A DNA stretch of 64,000 nucleotides, from contig CAZEAY010000001.1 of NCBI GenBank assembly GCA_964510655.1, forward strand, positions 278,330 through 342,329, written 5' to 3'. The notes under the pieces were generated by a model that was not told the DNA's origin, did not search any database, and saw only the letters and a program-made list of their open reading frames with translations. This DNA comes from an uncultured Candidatus Saccharibacteria bacterium (GTDB lineage Bacteria > Patescibacteriota > Minisyncoccia > Phycocordibacterales > XYD1-FULL-46-19). Below are positions 1 through 9,507 of the stretch, in pieces. The first letter of the stretch is position 1. Every line of letters starts with the position of its first letter. A program made the translations under genes and the position numbers.

Positions 1-69
1 CGACAAATGATTCATTTGAATATTATAGAAATAATTAGCACAAAAAAGAACTAATCACGAACCTCGAAA

Positions 70-1083
70 TTATTGTTTAGTAATAATACTTTTCTTGTAG
101 GTTTCCAAATGATTAAGAGCGATACCAGTTCCTTTGGCCACACAATAAAGAGCTTCATTGGCTAAAATAGCTTTCACCCCCGTTCGACGAAAAATCAATT
201 CTGGCAAATTACGTAATTGAGAAGTTCCTCCCGTCATAACAATTCCCTGATCAATGATGTCTGCCGATAATTCTGGTGGTGTTTCCTGAAAGACAACCTT
301 AATGGCTTTCACAATTTCTCTTAACTCATTGTCGATTGCTTTAACTATTTCATTAGTTTTTACTTCCACGGAACGAGGTAGTCCAGTCATAAAATCACGT
401 CCCTTAATCATAAAGGCTAATTCATCTTCAATCGGAATGGCTGAGCCAATGGAAATTTTTACTTCCTCAGCAGTACGATCACCAATACCCAAATTAAAAG
501 TTTTTTTAATATAATCAGCAATCGCTTGATCAATTTTATTACCAGCGTGTTTTACCGAAGTGGAAGCCACAATCCCTCCCAGGGAAATAACAGCCACATC
601 AGTTGTTCCTCCTCCAATATCCACAACCATATAACCCTTGGCTTCATAAATAGGAATACCGGCTCCAATCGCTGCCAAAATAGGCTCTTTCACCACATAG
701 GCATTTTTAGCCCCCGCCTTCATCGTGGCCTCAATTACCGCCCGACGCTCAGTTGAAGTGACTCCGGCCGGAACCGAGACCATAACATCAGGCTTGATAA
801 AATTCCACGGACCAAGCGCTTTACCAATATAATACTTAAGCATTGCTTCAGTTACTCGATAATCAGCAATCACCCCATCCTTCATTGGGCGATAAGCAAT
901 AATATTGTCGGGTGTTTTACCAACCATTAGTTTGGCTTCCATCCCCACCGCGACCACCCGATTATCCAATTCGGACACCGCGACCACCGAAGGTTCATTT
1001 AACACAATCCCCTTCCCAGGCACAAAAACCAGCGTGTTTGCCGTTCCAAGATCAATTCCTAATTTTGTAATGAAAAAACCCAT
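70..1083 (-). CDS. mreB: Rod shape-determining actin homolog MreB
   Basis: 337 aa. N-terminus GIDLGTANTLVFV is the actin-fold phosphate-1 motif. Length and overall similarity fit MreB. Confidence 0.9.
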   Translation of the reverse strand: MGFFITKLGIDLGTANTLVFVPGKGIVLNEPSVVAVSELDNRVVAVGMEAKLMVGKTPDNIIAYRPMKDGVIADYRVTEAMLKYYIGKALGPWNFIKPDVMVSVPAGVTSTERRAVIEATMKAGAKNAYVVKEPILAAIGAGIPIYEAKGYMVVDIGGGTTDVAVISLGGIVASTSVKHAGNKIDQAIADYIKKTFNLGIGDRTAEEVKISIGSAIPIEDELAFMIKGRDFMTGLPRSVEVKTNEIVKAIDNELREIVKAIKVVFQETPPELSADIIDQGIVMTGGTSQLRNLPELIFRRTGVKAILANEALYCVAKGTGIALNHLETYKKSIITKQ

Positions 1084-1126
1084 AAAACTGAGCTTATTTT
1101 AGACAGTTAAAACCTGAATAAAGTAA

Positions 1127-2419
1127 TTAAATTCTTTCAATGTCAACCCCAATGCCCGCTAGCCTTCCTTCAATATTCTCATAACCGCGATCGATATAAT
1201 AGGCATTATGTACTATCGATTGCCCATCCGCAACAATGGACGCCAGTAAGTAAGCCAAACCCGCTCTGAGATCAGGACTCTCCATCTCCCGAGCCTTAAG
1301 AGGGGTTTTGCCATAAATAATTGCTCGGTGAGCATCTAAAACTTTTACCTTTGCCCCCATAAAAGCCAGGGTTTCCAAATAACCCAACCGGCCTTCATAA
1401 ATTGTTTCAAAAATAAAACTTTCCCCTTCCGCCTGAGTCAACAAAATAGACATCGGAGCTTGTAAGTCTGTTACAAAGCCAGGGTACTCATGAGTTTTTA
1501 TTTCTAAAGCGTTAATTTTTTTCTGATCGGAAGAATTTGTAATTCTAATTTTATTTTTACCAACTTCAATATTTACTCCGGCCGACTGTAAAGCATTAGT
1601 CAAAGACTCAATATGTTCTGGAATACAATTTTTTACCGTCAGATCCTTAGCGCACAAAGCTCCTAAAATAACAAAACTACCGGCTTCAATTCGATCAGGA
1701 ATTGTTCGGTAAATTTTACCCTTACCACGCAAGAGGCCTCCACCAATAATTGTAATAGTAGAAGTACCAAGACCAGAAATTTTGGCCCCACATTCATTTA
1801 AAAAATTACCAAGGCTCGCGATTTCCGGCTCCAAAGCACAGTTTTTTAGCACAGTTTTCCCCTCGGCTAAAACCGCCGACATAATCATCGTCTCAGTCCC
1901 AGTTGGACTTTGTAAACGGAAAAAATTATTGGTACCCTGAAGTTTCTTACTCTTTGTCTTAAGATGATAAATATCATTAACAAGCTTAATTTCAGCCCCC
2001 AATTTTTCAAAGCCGGTTAAAAAAACATCAATTGGTCTTTTGCCGATAACACAACCACCAGGATAAGGAAAAGAAACTTTACCAAAACGGGCCAACAAGG
2101 GGCCAGTAAAAACAATTGAGGATCTCATTCTTTTAGAAATATCAACCGAAATATTAGTCCGATTTATTCCTGAAGTATCAATTTTAAAAGTGTCAGTTTT
2201 TATTTTTGACACCTTGGCCCCCAATTCAGTCAAAACCTCAAAGGCTCTTTTGACGTCTTCAATATCGGGAACATTGGTTACCGTCACTTCATCTTTAAAA
2301 AGAATCGAGGCAGCCAAAACCTTTAAAATAGCATTTTTGGCACCCTTAATAGCAATTTCCCCCACTAAAGTCTTTTTTCCCGCCAAACCACGAACCCGAA
2401 AACTATCTTTTTTATCCAT
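1127..2419 (-). CDS. murA: UDP-N-acetylglucosamine 1-carboxyvinyltransferase
   Basis: 430 aa. Start FRVRGLAGKKTLVGEIAIKGAKNAILKVLAASIL is the typical MurA N-terminus. EPSP-synthase-fold length. Confidence 0.9.
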   Translation of the reverse strand: MDKKDSFRVRGLAGKKTLVGEIAIKGAKNAILKVLAASILFKDEVTVTNVPDIEDVKRAFEVLTELGAKVSKIKTDTFKIDTSGINRTNISVDISKRMRSSIVFTGPLLARFGKVSFPYPGGCVIGKRPIDVFLTGFEKLGAEIKLVNDIYHLKTKSKKLQGTNNFFRLQSPTGTETMIMSAVLAEGKTVLKNCALEPEIASLGNFLNECGAKISGLGTSTITIIGGGLLRGKGKIYRTIPDRIEAGSFVILGALCAKDLTVKNCIPEHIESLTNALQSAGVNIEVGKNKIRITNSSDQKKINALEIKTHEYPGFVTDLQAPMSILLTQAEGESFIFETIYEGRLGYLETLAFMGAKVKVLDAHRAIIYGKTPLKAREMESPDLRAGLAYLLASIVADGQSIVHNAYYIDRGYENIEGRLAGIGVDIERI

Positions 2420-2583
2420 TTTTAGGTGATTAGAAAATGATAACGCCTTAATATAAGGTATTTGCTTTATATTGTACTGACAGAACCGAGATCTTTCAAT
2501 ATTTTATAATTACCACCACAACAGAAGACAACTGTAAACAAAACCATCCCAAACACGGTTTGAGTAAAGATAAAAAATATAAA

Positions 2584-4731
2584 TTAAATAACAATGTCGG
2601 CGGTCCAAACCCCCTTCTTTAAATCGGTGACCGGAGATTTATAAATCCGGGCATAACTACCATCGGGCTGTTTATGGTCAATAGTTAAATAGTAAACACC
2701 AGGTCTTACCAATAAATAAAACCGCCCTACCATATCAGCAACAACCTTTTTTATTTCTTGATCAAGATCGGCGTAATAAATTTTCACAATCGCAAAAGAA
2801 ATCGGTTCACCATTTTGATTTTTAATTGTCACCACTTTATGTTTTTGTTTCCAGTAATGACCCCCAACCGTAATAGCCAAATAGATCACCGGGACTAAAA
2901 TATTCAAAATACTAGGATAAAAAATTAAGTAGAAAAGCGACATTAGGAAACCAGCTCGATAGACCCATTTAATAATTCTTGATCTAAAGAGTTCTCTAGT
3001 CGTGTGTAATTTAAAATAATTACCTTTACTTTTAACAAACTCATTCCAATCAAAATCTAAGGGGTCTAAGGGAATACTCTTATTAACAACTTCGCCAGCT
3101 AAAACATGAAAAGGTGCGCCAAAATACAAATTATCGTACATTTCATCATGTGTCTGACCATAAAGGCGACTGGAGGGAAATTGATAATGTGTCTTGTTGG
3201 CCTTCAAAGAGTACTCACCATCAAGAAGAGAGAAACCATAACGACCGTCGATATCAGTAATCGCCGTAGCAATTTCTTCTTGATTAGCCAAAACAGTAAC
3301 ATAAGCGGGATCAATTGGCCTCTTGGTAACAGAATCATAAACTGTCCCCCAGGGCTTATTCTTCTTCTTTAAACCAAGTAGCCCAAACAATGCCCCCATC
3401 TGACGTAACAACAAGAGGTAAATATCAGAAAAAGAAGCCACATTGCCAGACGCAAAAAGTAACTGAAATATTCCCGCTGTGACTCCCCCAGTAACCGCCA
3501 CTGGTCCAGCAATTTGTTTAACAAATTTTTCTGCCCCTACCCCCAAGAGCCCCAGACTCCCAACAATCGCTAATTGTCCAGTGTATTTTTTAATCGTCTG
3601 ATCTTGGTAATTTATCAAATAAATAGATACTCCATATTCCCCATCTTCTGGCATCGCCCCAACAGTAGCCTCATAAGCGGTCTTGGTGGCATTTATCTTC
3701 ATCAAAAAGGAAAAGCTTTGATTAGGATTTTTAATACTATACAAAGTTACCCCGATTGTTTTTAAAACTTCCGGCATTTTGTAATAATCAACAGAAATAG
3801 TGAATGGTTTATTCCCTTTTATTTTTAGATAACTATTCTCAAAAAATGGTTTGGTCTTTTCTCCGGCCTGTTTGAAAACAAATAAAATTGCTGGAGCTGT
3901 GGAGGAAGAGATAGTGACCGTGGGTGATCCTGCCACAGGAAGATTTTCAAACGGCGAAACCGGCCCACTGCCGATTAGGACATCGGAACCACCACCGCCG
4001 CCACCACCAGGATTATCGGGATTATTGTTATTTGGCTCACAGTTAACGATACAGGGAACATCTGGATTACCAGGTGGAGGTTCGACAACCGTTGATTGAT
4101 CATCTTTATAACTAGTTAGGGCCCCAGAAGAATACAATCCGTTCACACTTTTCACCACCGCCAAATAGTAATAGGTAGTACCAGCCGTAATAGAATTATC
4201 ATTTACAGATTGACCGGCACCAGTATAAATAACCTCACCATCAGTTGGCCCGGTCGGAATTCTACCCGCCGACTTAACAATAATTACCGAAGAAAATTGT
4301 GCAAAATTAGGAAGGGACCAAGTTAGACGCGCCCCGGAACCATTTTTTTGTGCCGTAAAATTTGTAACATTAGGAATATTGGACTGATACTGACAACTAT
4401 TATTACTAACAGTAGCATTGGCATTATAGTTAGTTGCCAATGGATCCATACAACCAGACACGGGGGTTTCTCCTCCGCCGCTACTAGAATAAGAGCAACT
4501 TCCATCATCAAAAGTAGCCGAAGAATTATAATTGTTTGCTAATGGATCAGTACAACCACCAACCGAAGAAGAACAAATATTGTTTGGACAAGTAACACTA
4601 ACATCAACTTGAACTCCGTCAGATAAAGTGGAAGGAAACTGTCCACTAGAAAAAACTAAAACAGGAAAAATAATTACCCCTAAAAAAACAAGAACTTTAT
4701 GAATATTATGTTTTGTCTTAAATAAGTTCAC
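2584..4731 (-). CDS. Large secreted/membrane surface protein with Cys-motif tandem repeats, Fn3-like module, Pro/Gly linker, and two carboxypeptidase-regulatory-like beta-sandwich modules separated by TM helices
   Basis: 715 aa with an N-terminal signal peptide. Two copies of GC(T/M)DPLA(N/T)NYN...SC(S/Q)Y. One Fn3-like segment (ARLTWSLP...YYYLAVV). A GGGGGGG/PPPGNPD linker. Hydrophobic helices flank TDIDGRYGFSLLDGEYSL and a C-terminal VRPGVYYLTIDHKQPDGSY module. Confidence 0.55.
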   Translation of the reverse strand: MNLFKTKHNIHKVLVFLGVIIFPVLVFSSGQFPSTLSDGVQVDVSVTCPNNICSSSVGGCTDPLANNYNSSATFDDGSCSYSSSGGGETPVSGCMDPLATNYNANATVSNNSCQYQSNIPNVTNFTAQKNGSGARLTWSLPNFAQFSSVIIVKSAGRIPTGPTDGEVIYTGAGQSVNDNSITAGTTYYYLAVVKSVNGLYSSGALTSYKDDQSTVVEPPPGNPDVPCIVNCEPNNNNPDNPGGGGGGGSDVLIGSGPVSPFENLPVAGSPTVTISSSTAPAILFVFKQAGEKTKPFFENSYLKIKGNKPFTISVDYYKMPEVLKTIGVTLYSIKNPNQSFSFLMKINATKTAYEATVGAMPEDGEYGVSIYLINYQDQTIKKYTGQLAIVGSLGLLGVGAEKFVKQIAGPVAVTGGVTAGIFQLLFASGNVASFSDIYLLLLRQMGALFGLLGLKKKNKPWGTVYDSVTKRPIDPAYVTVLANQEEIATAITDIDGRYGFSLLDGEYSLKANKTHYQFPSSRLYGQTHDEMYDNLYFGAPFHVLAGEVVNKSIPLDPLDFDWNEFVKSKGNYFKLHTTRELFRSRIIKWVYRAGFLMSLFYLIFYPSILNILVPVIYLAITVGGHYWKQKHKVVTIKNQNGEPISFAIVKIYYADLDQEIKKVVADMVGRFYLLVRPGVYYLTIDHKQPDGSYARIYKSPVTDLKKGVWTADIVI

Positions 4732-4740
4732 AATTTTTTA

Positions 4741-5499
4741 TTAAAGAGTTACCGCCGTAACGGTAATGTTGGCACTATAGGTACCACTCTGCTGAGTTTT
4801 ACTAGATCCAACTTGTGCCTTAAATTTGATCGTAGTAGATCCTCCAGTGGGATAATTAGGGGAAGTACTGCGGGAAATCACCTGATTAGTTGTCGAAAAA
4901 CCAGTCCAACATGCATCAGCCGTGTCTAACACCCCAACATTGCAACTGACTCCATTATCTAAAAACTTATCAAGAATATCATCTCCTTCTGGCGAAAAAC
5001 CAAACCGAGATTCCGTCGCTGGAGTATTCCAAGAATAATCAGGGGAACTAAAACTTGGAGTATAATCAGCAAAAGAATTGGCTCCAGAAGTTAGGGCAGG
5101 TGAGGTATCGGCTTTGACAGATAACTCATAACCAGCCGGATTATCAGTTTGAACCTGCCAAGTCGATGACCCATTTGAAGTTCCCCCACTTACTCCACTA
5201 ATCGCAGCTGACATTGTTGGATTAGCGGGAGAAGTAATTGCTAAATAAATATCCAAGGGCATCGCCTGGTATCCACCATTCATAATCATAGTTGTGCTGG
5301 AGTAAATACCAGAACCAATCTCCCCTAAGGTGTCTTGTATTTTATAACTAGTGGAAGTAGCATAACCGCCGCCAAAATTTACACTATCGCTCTGTAAAAT
5401 ATAATTGGAACTACTAGCGACATAGCTTTGGACAAGCGAAGAAGTGGCGCCAAAAAAAACACAGATGATTAAAATTTTAAACCAATTTAAATTTGCCAT
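4741..5499 (-). CDS. Secreted Ser/Thr-rich protein (hypothetical)
   Basis: 252 aa with a signal peptide. S/T/G-rich. Ends GTYSANITVTAVTL. Overlaps the upstream gene by 13 nt, which suggests translational coupling. Confidence 0.45.
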   Translation of the reverse strand: MANLNWFKILIICVFFGATSSLVQSYVASSSNYILQSDSVNFGGGYATSTSYKIQDTLGEIGSGIYSSTTMIMNGGYQAMPLDIYLAITSPANPTMSAAISGVSGGTSNGSSTWQVQTDNPAGYELSVKADTSPALTSGANSFADYTPSFSSPDYSWNTPATESRFGFSPEGDDILDKFLDNGVSCNVGVLDTADACWTGFSTTNQVISRSTSPNYPTGGSTTIKFKAQVGSSKTQQSGTYSANITVTAVTL

Positions 5500-6428
5500 T
5501 TTTTAATTTTGCGGATAGTTTTATAAACAACAAAAGAAATCCCAGCAAAAACTAACAGCCCAAGAATTAACGGCAAGGGAATAACTAGAAACTTAAGATC
5601 GATAGTCGTGGCATGAGCCGTAGTATAACCGTGATTCAAAACAAGGCTAGCCGTAAAATAGCCAAACAGAGGCAAGTGATTCCAATTAACTAATCTGGTT
5701 CTAATAGAATCTGAAAAAACAAACCAGGGTTCAATTGGCAAACGATCGACAATTTGCCCGCGCCAATTTTTAATTTCAATTACCCCATAAGGATTTAAAT
5801 AAATATTACCCTTATTCTCAAAAGAAACTCGAAAATCAACTGGCGAACGAGTCCACACAACTTTACGACCAGAAGAGAGGCTAAAATCAGTTACCTCCCC
5901 TTTTTCTTCAACATTTCCCTTGACCCGTAAAAAAATCAAGGATCCGGCACGCGAAGAAATATTGGGGCCTTTGTTTGTACTAGTTTTGGCCACCGAGACA
6001 AAAACTCCACCATACAAACCTCCAGGTTTAACCTTGGCAGGCAGAGAAATAAGCATCGGAACCACTTTTGTCTCTCCATTGGCCACCCTAATGTGGTCAT
6101 TTTCAACAATAATATAATTACGAATAGAATAAGGACCTAAACCTTGTCCGTAATATTTAATTATTTCACCATCCACATTAGAACCAGAAATATCCTCAAT
6201 GTTTATCACAAAATCAGCATCACGACCAAGTTTATTAGTAATATAAATATTCCTAATAACACTCTCTCCTGCCCCCAACCTCACTTCATGTTTGGTCGGT
6301 GACAAAACGAAAGCTTCTTTAACTTGATCGTACTGAGCTTCGGCAATCCGTGGACTAAACCCAACAAAAAAAACAACAAAAATAAATAAACCAGTCAGTA
6401 TTGTTTTTTTATTGTGGCTTATAAACAT
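5487..6428 (-). CDS. Cell-surface protein with N-terminal signal peptide and C-terminal TM anchor (hypothetical)
   Basis: 313 aa. N-terminal hydrophobic signal. C-terminal LVIPLPLILGLLVFAGISFVVY followed by a basic tail. This architecture recalls DUF916-type surface proteins, but the resemblance is architectural only. Confidence 0.45.
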   Translation of the reverse strand: MFISHNKKTILTGLFIFVVFFVGFSPRIAEAQYDQVKEAFVLSPTKHEVRLGAGESVIRNIYITNKLGRDADFVINIEDISGSNVDGEIIKYYGQGLGPYSIRNYIIVENDHIRVANGETKVVPMLISLPAKVKPGGLYGGVFVSVAKTSTNKGPNISSRAGSLIFLRVKGNVEEKGEVTDFSLSSGRKVVWTRSPVDFRVSFENKGNIYLNPYGVIEIKNWRGQIVDRLPIEPWFVFSDSIRTRLVNWNHLPLFGYFTASLVLNHGYTTAHATTIDLKFLVIPLPLILGLLVFAGISFVVYKTIRKIKKWQI

Positions 6429-6430
6429 AA

Positions 6431-7480
6431 TTATTTTTTAACCGGAGTAATAACAAAAAAGTATTTTTCACCAACACGGTCACGGAAAATCGGCTGAATA
6501 ACCCCAGTCTCACCCACCTGGTCAAAGTTTACCAATATTCGGTCTGAGAAAGAGTCTTGCATCTTTTTCACATTATTTAAATCGATTGTAGTCGAGCCTG
6601 TTTGCTTCAAAAGAACAATACCAGAATCAGTATAAAGAGAGTCGACATTGCCTGGTTTAATTGTGGCAGTATCTCCACCCCGTAACTCCTGTAAAATTTC
6701 CTGTTTCAACTGTTCACGAGCCGATAAATCAGATACATCACCAGCGCCACCAACACCAGATATCTGACTAAAAAATTTATGCCAAGACAAAGAGGCACTA
6801 TCAACCAAGGAGTCTTTGAAATTTATCATAGAAACAATACCCTGATTAAATAAATCTCTAATCGGAAGCACTTGGCTATTGTAAAAAGAAAAAATCGCGG
6901 TAATAAAACTTGTTTGATATAACCAATTCAAAAAAGAGGAACTGGCAATAGATTCTGATTTAACAGAAGCTAGCGTCTCATTACCTGTCGCAATAGCTGA
7001 GGCGGTGACCGTGGTTATTTTTTTATTAGCCAACAGAAGATTATCGAGAACAGCAACCTTAGAACTCGTGAAGGCCTGTCCCAAAAAATTCTTGATTGTA
7101 TTTTGACACAGAAGCAAATTAGCTTGAGACAATTTAAGTCCCTCGCTCGCTCCAGAAAGCAGTAGAGAGCTCGTTTCTTCGAGACCCAAAATAACTCCCG
7201 GAAAGATATTCCGAGTGGTTTGGTCTAAAACAATTTCCTTGCCACGAGAAACAGAAAGTGACACTTTTTCAATTTTTTCGTGAAAGTAATCAAAAGAAAA
7301 AGCTTGGGCAGTAAAAAAAACGGCCAGCAAAAAAACAGTTGCTGAAAAATAAGCCCCAATATCAGTTAGCTGATTTTTTTTACTGGGAACGGAAATAGTT
7401 TCTGCATCCCACCCTCTGGGTGGTGATTGTGATGGGAATAAAGACATACCGAATTTAACCTTAATTATACTACAAAACAC
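6431..7480 (-). CDS. Hypothetical membrane-anchored protein (first gene of surface-protein operon)
   Basis: 349 aa with one TM (AYFSATVFLLAVFFTAQAF). Only 2 nt from the next gene. The start may instead be the internal Met at codon 12. Confidence 0.4.
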   Translation of the reverse strand: MFCSIIKVKFGMSLFPSQSPPRGWDAETISVPSKKNQLTDIGAYFSATVFLLAVFFTAQAFSFDYFHEKIEKVSLSVSRGKEIVLDQTTRNIFPGVILGLEETSSLLLSGASEGLKLSQANLLLCQNTIKNFLGQAFTSSKVAVLDNLLLANKKITTVTASAIATGNETLASVKSESIASSSFLNWLYQTSFITAIFSFYNSQVLPIRDLFNQGIVSMINFKDSLVDSASLSWHKFFSQISGVGGAGDVSDLSAREQLKQEILQELRGGDTATIKPGNVDSLYTDSGIVLLKQTGSTTIDLNNVKKMQDSFSDRILVNFDQVGETGVIQPIFRDRVGEKYFFVITPVKK

Positions 7481-7551
7481 CAGGAACCGCCCCCGTTTCC
7501 CTAGGAGAAAAATGTGGATAAATACTAAAGATTTTGTATACTGGAAGAGAC

Positions 7552-9465
7552 ATGAAAATCGTAACAGTCACCCCCATCAATAAGGGTATTTTCAAAGAGG
7601 AATTGACTTATTTTAGCACCCTAGAAATTTCCGCGGGAGCGATTGTTTCTATCCCGGTCAAAAACAGAGTCGTCGATGCTTTAGTTTTAGACACACAAGA
7701 CGCCTCCACAAAAAAATCTGAAATAAAATCTTCCGATTTTTCATTAAAAAAAATTATCAAAATAAAAACAGATAATCTGTTTTTGCCAGCCTTCTTAACA
7801 GCAAGCCAGAAAACAGCTGATTACTTTGCTACCACTCTTGGACAGACGATTAAAGCCACCCTACCCCAAATAATTATTGAAAATTTGACCGCCCATAAAA
7901 AAAATACGCAGATAGAAGACGCTGTAGACAATCAAGACCCTAACCGACCCGTAAAACAGAATAAATTTATTTTACAAGATGATGACGAAGAGAGGCTGTC
8001 TTACCACAAAAGCTGGATCAGAGAATCTTTTGCTAAAAAGCATTCAGTGTTAATTTGTCTGCCTAACACACTAGAGGCCACAAAATTTTCTCAAGCTTTT
8101 GGCGCAGGCATATCAGATTATACAATCCCCCTACACACCGAACTTTCCAAAAAATCTCTTTTGGCAAACTGGCACAAAGCCACCACCGAAGAACATCCTT
8201 TGCTAATTATTACCACCGGTAATTTTCTTTCTCTTCCCAGACAGGATATTAAAACTATTATTATTGAAAAAGAAAGTCATAGTAGTTATAAAAACATAAC
8301 CAGACCATTGATCGATTACCGTAAAATGGCTGAATATCTAGCCGAGGCCCTAGATGCAAAACTAATTTTAGGCGATTTAATTCTACGAGCGGAAACAGTT
8401 TTTAAAGCCGAGCGAGGCGATTATGCTCACTTGGGAAGTCAAAAATATCGTTCCGTTTCGGGAGCCACCCAAATGGTTTTAGACAGTCGTAACCACGATA
8501 CGGGTGACAAAAATATTTATGCAATAGGAGACGATCTGCGTGAGCAAATAACTGAGGCGATAAAAAACCGAGAAAAAATAATTATTTATAGTGGCAGAAA
8601 AGGACTTACTCAATCAACAATCTGTAATGATTGCGGGCAGATTGTTCACTGTCGGCAATGCAAAAGCCCCTTAGTTTTACACAAAAATAATGCCCAGAAA
8701 AAATATATTTACTTATGTCACAAATGTGGTGAATACCAAGAAGTGAGCGACAAATGCCCAAACTGTGAAAGTTGGAGGCTATCCTTCTTAGGAATTGGCT
8801 TAGATAAAATTGAAGAAGAAATAAATAAACTTCTACCAGAAATACCAACCTTTAAAATAGAGGCGGATAATACCAAACCTAACAAACGTCAGGAGTTAAT
8901 TAGAAAATTCTATGAGACAAAAGGAAGTGCCCTATTATTAGGAACAGATTTACTCTTACCATACCTTAATGAAAAAGTTCCTAATGTGGTTGTAGCCGCC
9001 ATCGACGGAATTTTTTCCCTTCCCGACTTTAAAATTAGTGAGAAAATACTCAACACCCTACTGCACTTAAGACAATATGCAAATAAAAATTTCATCATCC
9101 AAACACGTAATCCTGAAGAAAAAGTGTTCCGCTATACCACCGAAGGAAATTTGATTGATTTTTATCGCGAGGAAATTGAAGAAAGAATGAAATTCGGCTA
9201 CCCGCCATTTAAGGTTTTAATAAAAATATCACGAGAAGGACAACCAGCCCAAGTAACCGAAGAAATGGCTAAATTAGAGAGTCTTCTTGTTGACTACAAC
9301 CCAATTATTTTTCCCGCCTTTATTTCCGAAATTAAGGGTAAATACCGAATGCATGCTCTAATAAAGATCCCTGCCGCTAACTGGGTAGACAATAGATTAC
9401 TGACAAAAATAAAAGAATTGGGCCCAGAATTTATCGTTGATATTGAGCCAGAAAGCATTCTTTAG
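7552..9465 (+). CDS. priA: PriA-like primosomal protein with degenerate helicase motifs
   Basis: Intact Cys-rich Zn region (CNDCGQ...CRQC...CHKCG...CPNCES). PriA-like N-terminus. Conserved priA-def-fmt order. Walker A is absent, DEEHD is replaced by EKESH, and motif VI reads RQYANKN. The ORF track begins at TTG 7534; ATG 7552 is the preferred start. Confidence 0.65.
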   Translation: MKIVTVTPINKGIFKEELTYFSTLEISAGAIVSIPVKNRVVDALVLDTQDASTKKSEIKSSDFSLKKIIKIKTDNLFLPAFLTASQKTADYFATTLGQTIKATLPQIIIENLTAHKKNTQIEDAVDNQDPNRPVKQNKFILQDDDEERLSYHKSWIRESFAKKHSVLICLPNTLEATKFSQAFGAGISDYTIPLHTELSKKSLLANWHKATTEEHPLLIITTGNFLSLPRQDIKTIIIEKESHSSYKNITRPLIDYRKMAEYLAEALDAKLILGDLILRAETVFKAERGDYAHLGSQKYRSVSGATQMVLDSRNHDTGDKNIYAIGDDLREQITEAIKNREKIIIYSGRKGLTQSTICNDCGQIVHCRQCKSPLVLHKNNAQKKYIYLCHKCGEYQEVSDKCPNCESWRLSFLGIGLDKIEEEINKLLPEIPTFKIEADNTKPNKRQELIRKFYETKGSALLLGTDLLLPYLNEKVPNVVVAAIDGIFSLPDFKISEKILNTLLHLRQYANKNFIIQTRNPEEKVFRYTTEGNLIDFYREEIEERMKFGYPPFKVLIKISREGQPAQVTEEMAKLESLLVDYNPIIFPAFISEIKGKYRMHALIKIPAANWVDNRLLTKIKELGPEFIVDIEPESIL

Positions 9466-9507
9466 ACCTTGCAATGGTGGTGTTTTTTGTGTTATGCTAA
9501 TAAAAAC

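Noticed and set aside
302-1102. Plus-strand ORFs (302-514, 526-756, 905-1102) inside mreB.
   Set aside because: They lie antisense within a strongly supported minus-strand gene. Their composition is low-complexity and they have no start context. I read them as shadow ORFs.
9469-9507. Longer N-terminal extensions in the ORF track for def (9469), eno (30311), the ABC ATPase (43542), the DUF360 protein (37330), tsaC (53639) and the GC-rich gene (47899).
   Set aside because: Homology to the family N-termini begins at internal Met codons. The extensions would create gene overlaps or add non-conserved leaders.
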